This document shows, piece after piece, positions 43,319 through 55,600 of a DNA stretch of 64,000 nucleotides. The stretch's first letter is position 1. The number at the start of each line of letters is the position of its first letter. The translations under genes were made by a program, and so were the position numbers. Under the pieces are notes generated by a model. It had not been told where the DNA came from. It made no database searches and saw nothing but the letters and a program-made list of their open reading frames with translations. Location: assembly GCA_038109055.1 (NCBI GenBank), contig JAYNIM010000008.1, positions 1-64,000 on the forward strand, given 5' to 3'. This DNA is from a bacterium (GTDB lineage: Bacteria; Margulisbacteria; Marinamargulisbacteria; GCA-2716485; JAYNIM01).

Positions 43319-43633
43319 TTAGTGCTCGTCACGTGGAGACGAATCAGCTGTTTTAGGAGGGTTGTTTTGAGCATCATTGCTGGATTGTTGCTTTTGCAAA
43401 TCACTGGCAATATCCATAAGGTTTTTTAAATTACTGTGGAGCATGTCTCGATTTTTTTCCATTTCTTCAAAGAGCTGAGAGCTGCGTTTTTGAGACGCAT
43501 TCAGTTGTTTAAGGGCTTCTCTTTCATTGGCTTTTAAACGACGGGCACGCAACACGTCACGCACAACAACATAGAGGCAAAGGCAACAAAAAAGTCCAAT
43601 CAATACCTTATAATTAAATAATAATGTCATCAT
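43319..43633 (-). CDS. Small single-TM coiled-coil hypothetical protein
   Basis: N-terminal TM, heptad-rich helix, AGGAG RBS upstream. Confidence 0.7.
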   Translation of the reverse strand: MMTLLFNYKVLIGLFCCLCLYVVVRDVLRARRLKANEREALKQLNASQKRSSQLFEEMEKNRDMLHSNLKNLMDIASDLQKQQSSNDAQNNPPKTADSSPRDEH

Positions 43634-43666
43634 CCTATACTCCTTAATACCACAAATACAGACATT

Positions 43667-46600
43667 TTACACCGTATTTTTTTGGGGGGCCTTTTTTTTA
43701 GAAGACCTACCAACATAATATGTTTTGATCTGATGTTTTGAAGCCGAATCTAAGAAAGGTAAAAGCAAGGTCAATAAGCGCTGAAAATCTTGGGGCTGTT
43801 GCTGAGACCGAGGTTGAGTCATATGCTGAGTAAGAGTCGCTTGAAATGTCGAAGAAAGAACAGGGTCTATTTCTAATAAGCTCTGCCATAATGTATGAAA
43901 AAAAGACTGATGTTTGAAATGACCTTGTGATAACAAACGTTGTAAAATAATCAAAGCTTCAGGTACCTTGGTATCCAGCATCTGGTCTAAATGTCGGACA
44001 AACGCAGAGACAAAGTCCGGATCTCTCAAGGCATGATGAAAGAGTTTCTTTTGGGTAATAGACAAGCCCTGACTCCGAGAGAAACGAAGCATCCAAGTAG
44101 AGGTATCAATAAAGGAGTTATCATCCGGAGAAGGGGAAGGCGGCAATTCCGCAGAGGAGAACGGGACTGACTCTGTAACAGAGGCCCACTGACATCCTAA
44201 GGCCAAATACAGCTCAGGCACATCATCCAAAGGTATCGACGCGGTTTTTGATTGTTCAATAACAAGCGCAGGAAGATGTGCATATTGTGGATTAAGTAAG
44301 GCCATATCTAACAACGCTTTCTTTAACGATGGCGAACGAAATGCCATAAACCACGACTTGGCAGGGAGAGATGACGCTGTTTTGCAGAGAGCCTGAGAAA
44401 AACAGGTGTTTAATCCTTCTTGAGAATCAAAAAGCAGGAACAAGGCCTGGCTATGACGGGGGTCTTGCAAAATAAGATCCAGCAATGACGAACAGTGCTC
44501 AGCCGGCAATTTTTGGCAAGCACTGGCAAAAACAACCGCTTTATCGGTGTGTTGAGTAAAGCGTAGCAAAAAACATAATTGAGCAAGCAGTAAAGGGCCT
44601 GATGTGTGACAACGACCATGGTGACAGTCTTGAAGTGTTTGGGAGAGGTGGGTATCTAAATCAGAGATATCATGACGTTTCTGCTGAACAAAACGCAAAC
44701 ATGTTTGGCGCAACGTAGGATCCAGAAGCACTAAGAAACCCAATAAGGTCTCTGTATCAATCGAAAGGAGTACAGGGAACAACTGCCAGTCACGAACAGA
44801 AAGCCCCGGCTGAGCTTGGTTAAGAAATAAAGCTGTTTTTAAGAAGCCTATCGCAGTAGGCTGAGAGGTATAATAAGACTGAAGAGCTGGAAGTAAACAG
44901 TGTGCAGGAAGATGGCCTTGTCCTGAATCACAATAGGCCAATAATAACTGAGCATCATCCAAGGGCAAGGCAGCGGCTATCGCAGCGGGATAAGGTTTGG
45001 AGGGATCAACGAACCCAATACAACGCAATAAATCAGGCAAGGAGATACTTGGGATCGCTAGTAACATGGTAAACAAGGCACTTCTTTGCAGCGCTGTCCC
45101 TCGGGAGAAAGCCCAATGAAAAGGGTGTTGAAATCCTTTGGAATCATAGCTAAACAAAGTAGATAGCAATTGCGAAAGAGCCTCTGAGTCAGACGCAATG
45201 GTGTGAGACCCCAAGGCAAATAGTAATAACTGCTTCGACAAGGATCGCCAAATAGACTCTAAGGTATGGCCTAGCTCTTGTTGCATGAAATGCTGACGCA
45301 ACAAGTGATCAAACAAGGTCCAAAGCTGAAAAACATAGGCAAAGGTAAAGCAAGGTCGGCGAGTGAGAACATTCGCGACGTCTTTATCAACACTAAGGCG
45401 AAAACGTGCTTCATAAGGGCGCAATAAAGAGAGGAGCTCCTTTAAATGAGAGAGCCCCAATGTAGGAGTGGAAACCGTATCCAAGCCAGAAAGTGCCAAG
45501 GCATCAATACGGTTAAATTGGTCATGAGTTTGAGAAGAAAAATAGCCGGTCATGCGGGTTAGGGCATGACGAAAACGCGAAAAAGCTGGCAGCAAATGCA
45601 GGCCATCAGGAGGATGCTGAGAAAAGAGAGAGACCCAGCGCTCTTGCTGGTCACGAAGTAAATGCAAACGTTGACAAAGCGAGCGAAGATGGAGGCCAAA
45701 AGAAGCAGCCAAGGACTGCAGGGGAGCATGTTGCTGCAAAACACCTTCATGCAAACGCGCGGTAGGATAGGAAGAGGCATTAATATAGCCCTCTTTTTTC
45801 AGCGATTTAAAGAGCGATCGACACGAAGAAGCCGCCAAGGGCTGTCCCGTATCAAGACGTAAGTAGTGAAACAGCGAGGCAGAAATACGGCCATGAAAGG
45901 AGGTGAAAACAGAAGTAAACAAGGTGGAGTCCAAGAGCCACAAGGCCCAAAGCATGGTCAATCGATGACGTTGATCCATACGACGAGCCAAGATCATCAT
46001 GAGCCAGTGGTCAGGCGTTGGTGTATGTAAACAAGACAAAATTGCAACGGCATGACGCAGTAAAGGTTGAAGCTGATCAGTGATAGAGGAGGGTAAGAGA
46101 TCAAAAAGGTCCTGATAGAGTTTATGATGAGGAAAGTGAGCACAGGCCAGACAAAATTGAACAAAGTAACGGGGGTGATAATAGAGGCCCTTAACCAATA
46201 ACTCGGGACACGTCATCAGAAAGGTAGGGATACGCGCCAAGTGTTTTTTGTCTTGAAAAACAGACCAGGGCTGTTCTAAAACGGATTCAAGTTGAGAACG
46301 GGTACGGCAATGGGTATATAACTGTTTCAGTAAGGCCGCATCGATCTCTGGCAGTAAAGACGTCAAGGTAGAAAACTCAAGCTCAGATAAGCTCCCTAAA
46401 AAGGCTAACCAACATCCAGAAGCCTGCCATAAGCGAAGAAGCGAGGGCTGGGTATCTAGTCGCGCGGTGATGACAGTGTGCAACCCCGTCCCGAAGAGAT
46501 CTTCCTGAAAAGCGTAGCAACGTTGCAAAGAGACCTGCAAGCGGCGATTTGTGAGGCAAGGATCGCTTGCTTCGTAGAATACGGCCATCGCATGACAGGC

Positions 46601-49600
46601 CGCAAGCCAGAACGGTCGTTGTGCCAACTCAGTCAAAGGCTGAGAAAGTAGCGCCAGAAAGTCCGTATCAGATTGCGACAAGGCGTCAGAAACAAAGGCA
46701 TGATCACCGGCCAAAGTATAGAGCCGCTGCAACACCTGCAAGCTACGTTGACTATGATAAGCCGTCAGGTCAAAACGAAGCGAGCCAGACAAGGTGACAG
46801 AAGAATGGCCCTGCAACCAAACCTGAAGCTGAGAGAGTGGTGTTACATACAATAAATAGACATGCAACAAAGCAGATTGCTGGGGCCATTGAGAGACAAC
46901 ATAGGCAACTTCGAGCAGCGAAAAGAGCGAGGCTAACGAGGGGTCAACACAGCTTAAGGAAAAACAGTCTTCGATCAGCTGACGTTGCAAGGTGCCAGGG
47001 GGGGAATCGGGCGTCAAACTCTCTAAGGCCAACAAGGCTTTGGGGCGACCCATATCGTTAAAACGAGAGAGCAGCGCTTTAACAACCAACGCATACACCG
47101 ATTCAAAACAGGCCATGGCATCCTCCGAAAGAGAGGCAAAACTGAGATCGACTAAGGCTGCAACAAGATCTTCAGACAAGGAAGAGGGGGCAAGTTGTAG
47201 AGGGGCTAGGTCAACACGATCATCAAACAAGAGATCCTCATCCTCCGTATCCTCACTAGACGAATGGCTCTCACGCTGCTGAGCCTTTGGATGGGGGGTA
47301 TTCGGATCATCATCGTCAATAGAATCAAGATTATCTGAAAGATGAGACAGTTTTGAGCGGAGAGTAGGCGATAAAAATTGGGTATAAGCAGTACGTAAAG
47401 TAGCGGTTGCCTCATCCTGCTCCATAAAGTGATTAATATCAAATTGTGGCAAAATATGAGGCGAGCTAGGATTTGCCACAATAGAGTCTAGAGAAGCGGC
47501 AATCGCAAAGGTATTAATAGCGACGTCACCTGGATCTTTAGGTTCTTTAATATATTTTTGTATTAATTTCTCAATTCGCTTTGACTCAGCTTTATCCAGA
47601 GAGGAAAAATGTTTTTGAAACTTTTTTATATAGGCTTGGGCATGTGAAACAATCTTAGAAGCAACAGCAGGGTCTTTTGCATCATCGCTTTCAGCAAATT
47701 TTTCAGCATATTCCTGGGCTAAATTCTCTACAGCAAAAGCCATCGATTCAGCTACAGGAGCCCCAGGAACAGGCGCACTTCCATCTGTACTAACTGCTTG
47801 AGCAGAAGTCGGAGTAGTTTGAGGCCCAAGAGCAGCCAAAGCTACAGGACCCTGAGTTTGAGACCCAGCAACAGCCATAGTTCCAGGACCCTGAGTATTT
47901 TGAGACCCAGCAACAGCCATAGTTCCAGGACCCTGAGTATTTTGAGGCCCAGCAACAGCCATAGTTCCAGGACCCTGAGTATTTTGAGGCCCAGCAACAG
48001 CCAGGCCACCAGCATTACCTGCTGGATTAGGAGAATCTGGGGCTTGTTTTTTATAAGGCTCCATACGCAAGACAAGTTGATCCCTTTTGAATAAATCGAC
48101 TTCATCTTTATCTTTTTTTCTAAGAACCTCATAGGCCTCATCTTCAGTGTCAAAATCCTCAAAACCAGATAGCTGAGCAATGTCGGCATTAAAGGCAAGA
48201 CTATCTCCTCTGAGAACATGGCCCAAAAAGCGCTTCGTTTCATCCCTAAGAATACCCCCGCCTCCTTGGTCATTAAGGTTTTTGACCCCTTCCAGGATCC
48301 TTTCTTTCGTTTGTTTATCTAAAATAGCAAAGTCTTTCTTAAGCGAAATTAAGGCATTTAAGGCCCGTTTTTCTTCGATAATAGTTTGAGGGCTTCCGGG
48401 GTCGCCAGAGGCATACTGCATTTGCCCCCACATATAGCCAATAAATTCGCGGGCCAAGACGCTAGCATTGACTGAGTCATCAGCGCGTCGCTGTAGACTT
48501 TTAAGAAACGATGAAGGGTGATCCGTCAAATGTGTCGTTTGTTCTGAGGGTAAACGAGATAGATAAGCAGGATTCTCACGGTCATCCTCATCAGCAACCT
48601 CTAATCGAGCTTGAGTGAGTTGGTCAAATAGCTGAGAAGCTATCGGATCTTTAGCCTTTCTAGTACGAAATGTGAATCCCTTTTTAGTTCCTTCAAAATC
48701 GATGCCCACTTTCTTTTTTCGTAAGGCTTCAATATGGTCATCATATAGGGCGAGTCCTTGTTTTGAATCAGAGCTATGCAACAATTTGAGGGCCTTTTTA
48801 GGGTTTATGGAGCTCGTCCCCCCCGCACCCATCTGCCAGTTAAGTTGGCTTTTATTCAAGCTTAACATTGAATACGCTAAGCCAATATCTTCAAAGCTAA
48901 GCGTGTCAGAGTCAAAGGAAGGCTCATCTGTCGCGCCAAGGGCATTCAGGACATTTGCGATGTTGTTAGACAAAGTTGAATCAAGGGGATTAGAAAGGCC
49001 AGTAGAGCCAAGAATTTGTACAAGATTCTGTGATGTCGTATTCCCAGATAAAAAGTTGGCTACATCGTTCTTGTTAAAACTGCCTTGACTTAGACCCTCC
49101 CGAAGTTTCTTAAAAATAGTAGAGTCATCTGATTTAAGTTTCAGCAACTCTTCCAAGGTAGTTTCTAAGCCGCCTTCATCGCTATCACCTGATAGTTCTT
49201 TCAACTTAGAAACCAAGGACCCATCATCGTCCTCAAATGTATGCGCACTCCCTGTTTGTAAGACATCTCCCAAAATTTGACGCGCTTCTTTTGAGCGAAA
49301 ATACTTGGAAGAAGACGAATCAGCATAGTCCCGATAGGCGTCATAGCTCTGTGTAAGTTTCTGTACCATCTCACGTCTTTCCTTCAATCCTGTGAGTCCT
49401 TTCGAAAACCCACCCTTACCCTTAGAGTCTTTTCCAAAACCGTGAATTGCCGTCTCAAATTGAGCAATAGAATCTTTAATAGAGGCCGTCGTTGAGTTAG
49501 CGTTAGCATGCTTAGCAGCTAATTGGACCGCATGTTTGCGAACCTCAGCAGCGGAGGTTTTAGGATCAATAAAGCCAACCAGTTGCGCCATGAGTGTATC

Positions 49601-52600
49601 CTCTGCATTCTTGTCAGGGAGTATAGAAGTAAGGCCTTGTTTTTGCTCATCTGAAAGCTTAGTACCCCCGCTAAGAAGCGCCTCTCGTTTGCCAGGATCT
49701 GTAGCATCTCTAGCAATTTTAAGACCATAGCGCAAGATACCATGAATCTCTTTTTTGCTTTTGTGAGATTGAATAGCCGCCGTTAAGCCAAGTTTATCAA
49801 AGATCTGCGAAAGTCCTTCAGCCGCATCTTGTTTTATATCATCAGATGTTGTTGTTGAAGGGACATCCCCCAAAGCCATTAATACCCTCAGTTCTTGAGA
49901 TGTAGGAGCCTTATTTTGACCATCTGTATCATCAAAATGGTCACTGACTGTTGTCTTGATGTTCTTAATATTCGCAAAAGTTGCAATTCCAGCCATATCC
50001 CCCACCTCAGCCGAAGGCTCATAAGCAGAGCCATGCTGTAAAATATGTCTACGGTCGTCTTTTTCAGTCCTCACAGCCTCTTTAAGGATGTCTTGAGGGT
50101 CAGTGGGGTTAGGGTCAGTCATAGGCCAAGCATGGCGTGTCATGCCCGTAAGCCCAACAAATCCATCTTTCAATAAGGCCTGACTGTCCTTAGTGTGAGA
50201 AGAATTATTTACCAAAACGTCCAGAAAGGCAGTAAGATAAACCCAGTTATGGGGGAATATTAGTTTGATAAGACTTACGGGTAAAGACAGACTTAATAAC
50301 ACCCTTCTTAGTAGATTGAAAGGTTTGTTAGTAGGAATATCGGTTACAAGCCAGTTATGCATGTTTGTAAACGTTCGACCAATAGTAGAATTACTCCATT
50401 TTTGTCCAACTTTAAAAGAAAGATCCTTAGCGTCTCGGGACAAACGTGATTCTATGAATGGAGACGACAGAATATCTCCCAGGCCACCAATAATGTGACT
50501 TGTAACATCACCGACTTTTGCGGTCGTAGAATCTGGTTTAGGGTTTATCTTAGATGAGATATAGGATAAAACTTCACCTGGTACAGAAACTGGAAGAGAG
50601 GCCGCCGCCAAAATGCCATTCAGAAGCATACGTTTCTTTTTGTGACGTTTTTTGACAGCATTAACAGCATTTTCTTTTTCTTTTTCTTTTTCCCTTTTAA
50701 TAAATACTTCTTTATAAATAGAGTCTAAGAGTGGGATATCAGTATTTGGTTTATTTTGTCTAAAATCATCAGCAGCCATCCCATATCTAGTTGCATCATC
50801 AGCAAATTTATTTTGTTGGGACGTGTTTAAGTCCTGGAATTCCAAACGAATTTCACTCGCTTTTTCTGGGTTAGTCTTTTTTTCCCATTCCTCAGCAAAT
50901 TTCTCCTCAAGTTCAGCATCACTAGGATGAAAGAGGGCCTTTTGATCAGAAGGCATCTTATCAAGATCATTGATGGGATCCAAATTAGCAAGTTTCTTCG
51001 CATGCTCCTTAACTTCTTGGGGGGTCATAAGGGCACTTTTACCATCAACCCCCATTTTTTGTGCCAGTGCACGTGTGAGCGGATTAATAAAGGGCGTCTC
51101 ACCCTTATTCCAGTCATCTTCCTGGCCATCTGCAAAGAGAATATTGTTTAAATTTTTGTCATGCATAATATCAAGACGGCGTAATTTTTTTTTCTTCTTA
51201 TCTAATAAAAGGAAGGGAATAGCGCGTAATGTATTAACAAAAACAGCGGCTGTTGTAGACGTAGGGCTTGTTTTATTAAGGTAACGCTTGAGTAGAAATC
51301 TTTCGAAAACCTTTTGCATGAAATGTTGTAATGAGAGACTAATGTCAGTGGAAAACATACCTTGAAGAGCTTTCTGTTCTTTTAATAGTTCTTTTCGGAT
51401 CTGAACATTTCCTTTCATAAGGTCGGCCTCAAACATCAAGTTTTCCATATCAGCAGTGGGCAGTTGATCACCTGAGATGCCTCCAGCATCTCCAAGATCA
51501 GACCCATCTTGAAACATATCTTCCGAATCAAAGGAACTTTGAAGAGCCCCTTCAGACTTAGCAAGATTACCCAATATTCGTGCGATGAATAGTTGCAAAA
51601 ACCCTGTATTTTCCGAAAAGCCCTGCGGGAACACGAGTTTATTAAAGATGAATTTAAGTTTTCGTGCAGAATTATTGGAGCTAAAAAGATTATTCTTGAA
51701 TTTCAACTTGAATTTAATTCGCAGCCATTTTTTACTAAGAGCAGCCGTGGCTTTTTTTCCCTGCGAGGACGACATAACACGACCCCCAAACGCCTTAAGA
51801 CCTAAGACCCCCATTTTTGTGACAAATTCAAAAACAATAGAACGAATATCATTCACAGCACGGTCGCGAGACTCTTTAAGTTGTTCTAGCTTAGCGGTTA
51901 AACGATCAAGTTTTCGTGATAACAAAGATTGAAAAGCTCCCATGCCCTTTTTTGACATTGAAAAAGCATTACCTATCACAGCACCTTGGCCAGCAACATC
52001 ACTAGCACTTGCTAGCGTTTGCATGGCGCTGTCAAAAATATCCATGACCATGGTGGCACGGTTTTTCTGTTTCTTGAGTTCTAATCGTTTCTTAATAAGG
52101 GCCCCACGGTTGATAATGGTGGTTCCCATAGAAGACGTTTTAATCAATTGTGCGTCATTAAGCTTAGTCTCAACCGTGCTGCCTCCCACATTTTTAACAA
52201 TATTAGAGGCACGAAGTCCGTCATCTTTTTCTCGGTTTAAGGCAGCATTTTTCTTTTTATCGTCAGTGTCGGATACGTCGTCAGTAGAGGCAGCCAATGT
52301 ATCATCAACAGGAAAAAAATCAGTGAGTAAATTAGAGTGTTTAGAAGAAGCAGCATCACGAAGACTAAAAAAACGATACAAGCCCACAACAGCTGTAGCA
52401 ACTGTTTTAATCCCCTTAACCACTCGCTGGGCCGAGATTAACTTTTCTAATTTATCTTTCATGGAGGTTTTGGTTTCGGCTGTAGCACCAACAGCCGAAG
52501 CAATAACATAAGAACTAATAGCGGCAAGGTACACAGTATCAACAGCCGTCTCAAGGGTGAGGGTGGTTTTTGTGGTCAAATAATCATTATAAAGCTGTAC

Positions 52601-55600
52601 TTGTGCTGAAAGCTCCTCAACAAATGCAGAGGATAATGCTTGTTGAACCTGAGAATACGCATCAAGGGCCTGCATGGCTTGTTGCATAACACCTTGACTG
52701 GAGCGATTTTCAACGCCTGAAAAGTCTCTTATGACCTTATCAACAGATTTGCGCAGGGTGTCTGTATACATGTTAATCAACTGAAATAACTTTAAACGTT
52801 GAAGATAATCAACATTCATTTTTTCATCCATAAGGGCAAGGTTTTCAAAATTAAGCTGGGAAAAATTAAGAGCAAAATCAAACAAAGCACTCCCGTCAGT
52901 ATCATATTGAGACTCAATAGACCCATCATAAGCACGGACATCATTTTTAGTAGAATCAAAAATGCCAGTCTTAAACGTTTGTGAAGAGTTCTCAAAACGA
53001 CCAGAGCGATTAATAAAGTTAGGCTGACCCTCTTCAAGAGGTTCCAAGGAACGAAAGGTGCCAAAATTAGGGACATAGGACCCAGAGTTTGAGTCGCTTA
53101 TAAAATTATTACGAGTAGCACGGCTAGTAAGTGCGGGATAGTAAAAGGGGTCCGCAGAAACAGAGCGTGAAAAAAGTTCATCATAATTACTATCCCCATT
53201 ATTGCCATTAATATTAGGTTGAGATAAGGCACGAAGATTGTCCATGCTTTGAGTATGAAGACCGTTAAAGAAAGGGGTAGAGTCTGAAGTGTGATGATGA
53301 AAAAGGCTTAAAAAATCACGGGCGTGATAATGACGCTGCCCCTCATCAGACAAAGTGGCAGATTGACCATCAGAAGATATATCTAAATCTCTAAGCGCAT
53401 AGCTGGGTAAAAACGTATGAGGTGACGAGACCGAATTCAAGCGACTTTGATTAGGGTGGGAGGGTGAATTATACAAGGGCTCATTGTATTCATCATAAAA
53501 ATGATGGCCAGGATTACCTTGATAAAGCTCCATATCAAAAGCAGAGCTTTGGGTACGACGCCAATCAGCCAAGGTATTCATACGTTCATCAATACGCGGT
53601 TGTTCAAAATAGGTTGTACGCAGGTCAGAATAAGGTTGGGAATGAGAAAGGGGGCTTTCTACTAAATCTAAAATTAAGTCTTGGGCCTCTAAGCGTTTTT
53701 TTGCGCGCATCCAAGGAATGGGTGAAATATACGCGGCAGGCCCTGTATTTAAAATTTGTCTTAGGGCATAAAGGGATAAGGAAAAGTCAAGCATCGATTC
53801 CGAAAAGTCATAATATTTTTTTCTAATAGTTTTATTAACATCGACATTATGTTTAAAGGCAGTAATGAGCGTATCTAATTCAGATTTAAAGGTATCTTTA
53901 AGCGAGGTTTCAAAGCTAACAAGGGTAGAAAAGGCCTGTTGTAAACCATCGCGAAGTTGATCTAGAGAACTGAGAGTTAATTGATGCCTCGAACTAGTTT
54001 TAGCAAATAATTGTAAAATAGAAGCAGTTGTATTGCTAAGTGTTTCAAGGTAATGCATCCAAATATTAAAATACATCTCTAATCCCTGCATACCTCTAAA
54101 ATGGCTTTGTTCAATCATAGAAAGAGCTAAGGAATTTTTTGTAAAACCACCGCTACCCGTAGGAAGTAGGAGCGGAAGTTTTTGCGTTTCCTGCCTACCT
54201 GGGAAGGCATGCTCCAGATGTGGAATACGATAGTCAAGTAAGGCATTATTGTCATCTCCGGCAAACCCTGTACCAGTAGGCAGCGTTTCTATGCGACCAG
54301 CAGCCAATCGACGAAGAGCAATACGAGTATCATCCAGATGAAAGTAGGATTTTGCTAAAAAATCTTGACTGAGCCTATTCTTAGCAGAAGGGGTTCCATC
54401 AAAAAACAAAGAATTACGGCGATAATCAAGCTTAGGATACTGACCTAAGAGCAAATCAGTACGCGCAGCTAGGCTGCCATTGAGACGATTAGTCATCCAA
54501 AATTGATCAGGCGTAGCTTCATTAGACCCTTGATAAATAGAGTTGTCAAAAGGCTTATGTCGAGAATCATAGGGAGCATTATTATGATTGGCAGCAGAAA
54601 AAGAAGGAGAAAAATTAGTTAAGGAGTCAACACCATAAAATCCACCACCACGGCCAAGTGAAACTCGTGCGAGATCGTCTTCTTGGTCGTATAAAGGTGA
54701 CCACTTATTTTTAGGAAACAATACGGGGTAGTATTGCAGGAGATAAGGTGTTTGATAACGATAAAAGGTTTTATGAATATTATATTCTTTTTCATCAAAG
54801 GCACGATCAACGATACCAGACCCTACACGCCAAAAAACAGGGAAACTGAATTGCTTGGGAATAGGGGGAGGCGACCCAGGGGCGGACCATGCCTTACTTG
54901 CAACCTCTAGTGCGGTAGCTAAGCCTTGTGCAATGCCAAAATTAGTAATAGCCACAGTTGATTTCGTTATATTTAATGTCTGTTCAAGATTGTTTAAATA
55001 ATACTCTTGTTGATGTTTAATTAACGTATTAATCGCCTCTTTATAATCTTTGAACTGATCATTTAATTTCTCGAGAGTCTGGTTGGCAAGGGAAAATTCA
55101 GCCATAAAGCGGGAGGACATAATTTTATTAACCGTCGTTTTTACCGGACGTGACTGAGCTCCAGCAGCCTGAGCAATCCCTGCAGCAGCATCCAGTTGAT
55201 ACTGTTGGATAGCGGATAACGAAATAAACAAAAGATTTAAAAAACGTTCATAGGCATTTAATTTATCTAAAAGATCCACATACCAAAACGAATTCATATC
55301 AATAAAGGGGCTTGTACGAGTTGCCTCAGATGGAACGAGAAGTTGAGAGATACTACCAAGATCAGTCACAGAACTAATACCATTTTGGATTTGATCTAGA
55401 ATTGACGCAACAATAGAAGAATCTTCTGAAAGAACATCTTCAGCATCAATATCATTACTTTTACCAAGAATGTCTTTCGCAGAAGTACCGGGCGTATATA
55501 TCACATCAGATCGCATAGCCCCACGTTGATGACGCATAAAAAGCCTGCCGCTATCATCTTGGCCTGCACGGATACGGTCATCACGCATTTGAGGGTGAAA

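Noticed and set aside
47846..48001. Possible CRISPR array
   Set aside because: Contiguous 42-bp units with no unique spacers, in frame within a CDS, and no cas genes
51585..52511. Long antisense ORFs (115-189 aa) opposite the giant gene, and similar ones opposite tamB, mreB, clpC and gyrA
   Set aside because: In-register shadows of long genuine CDSs, with no independent motifs
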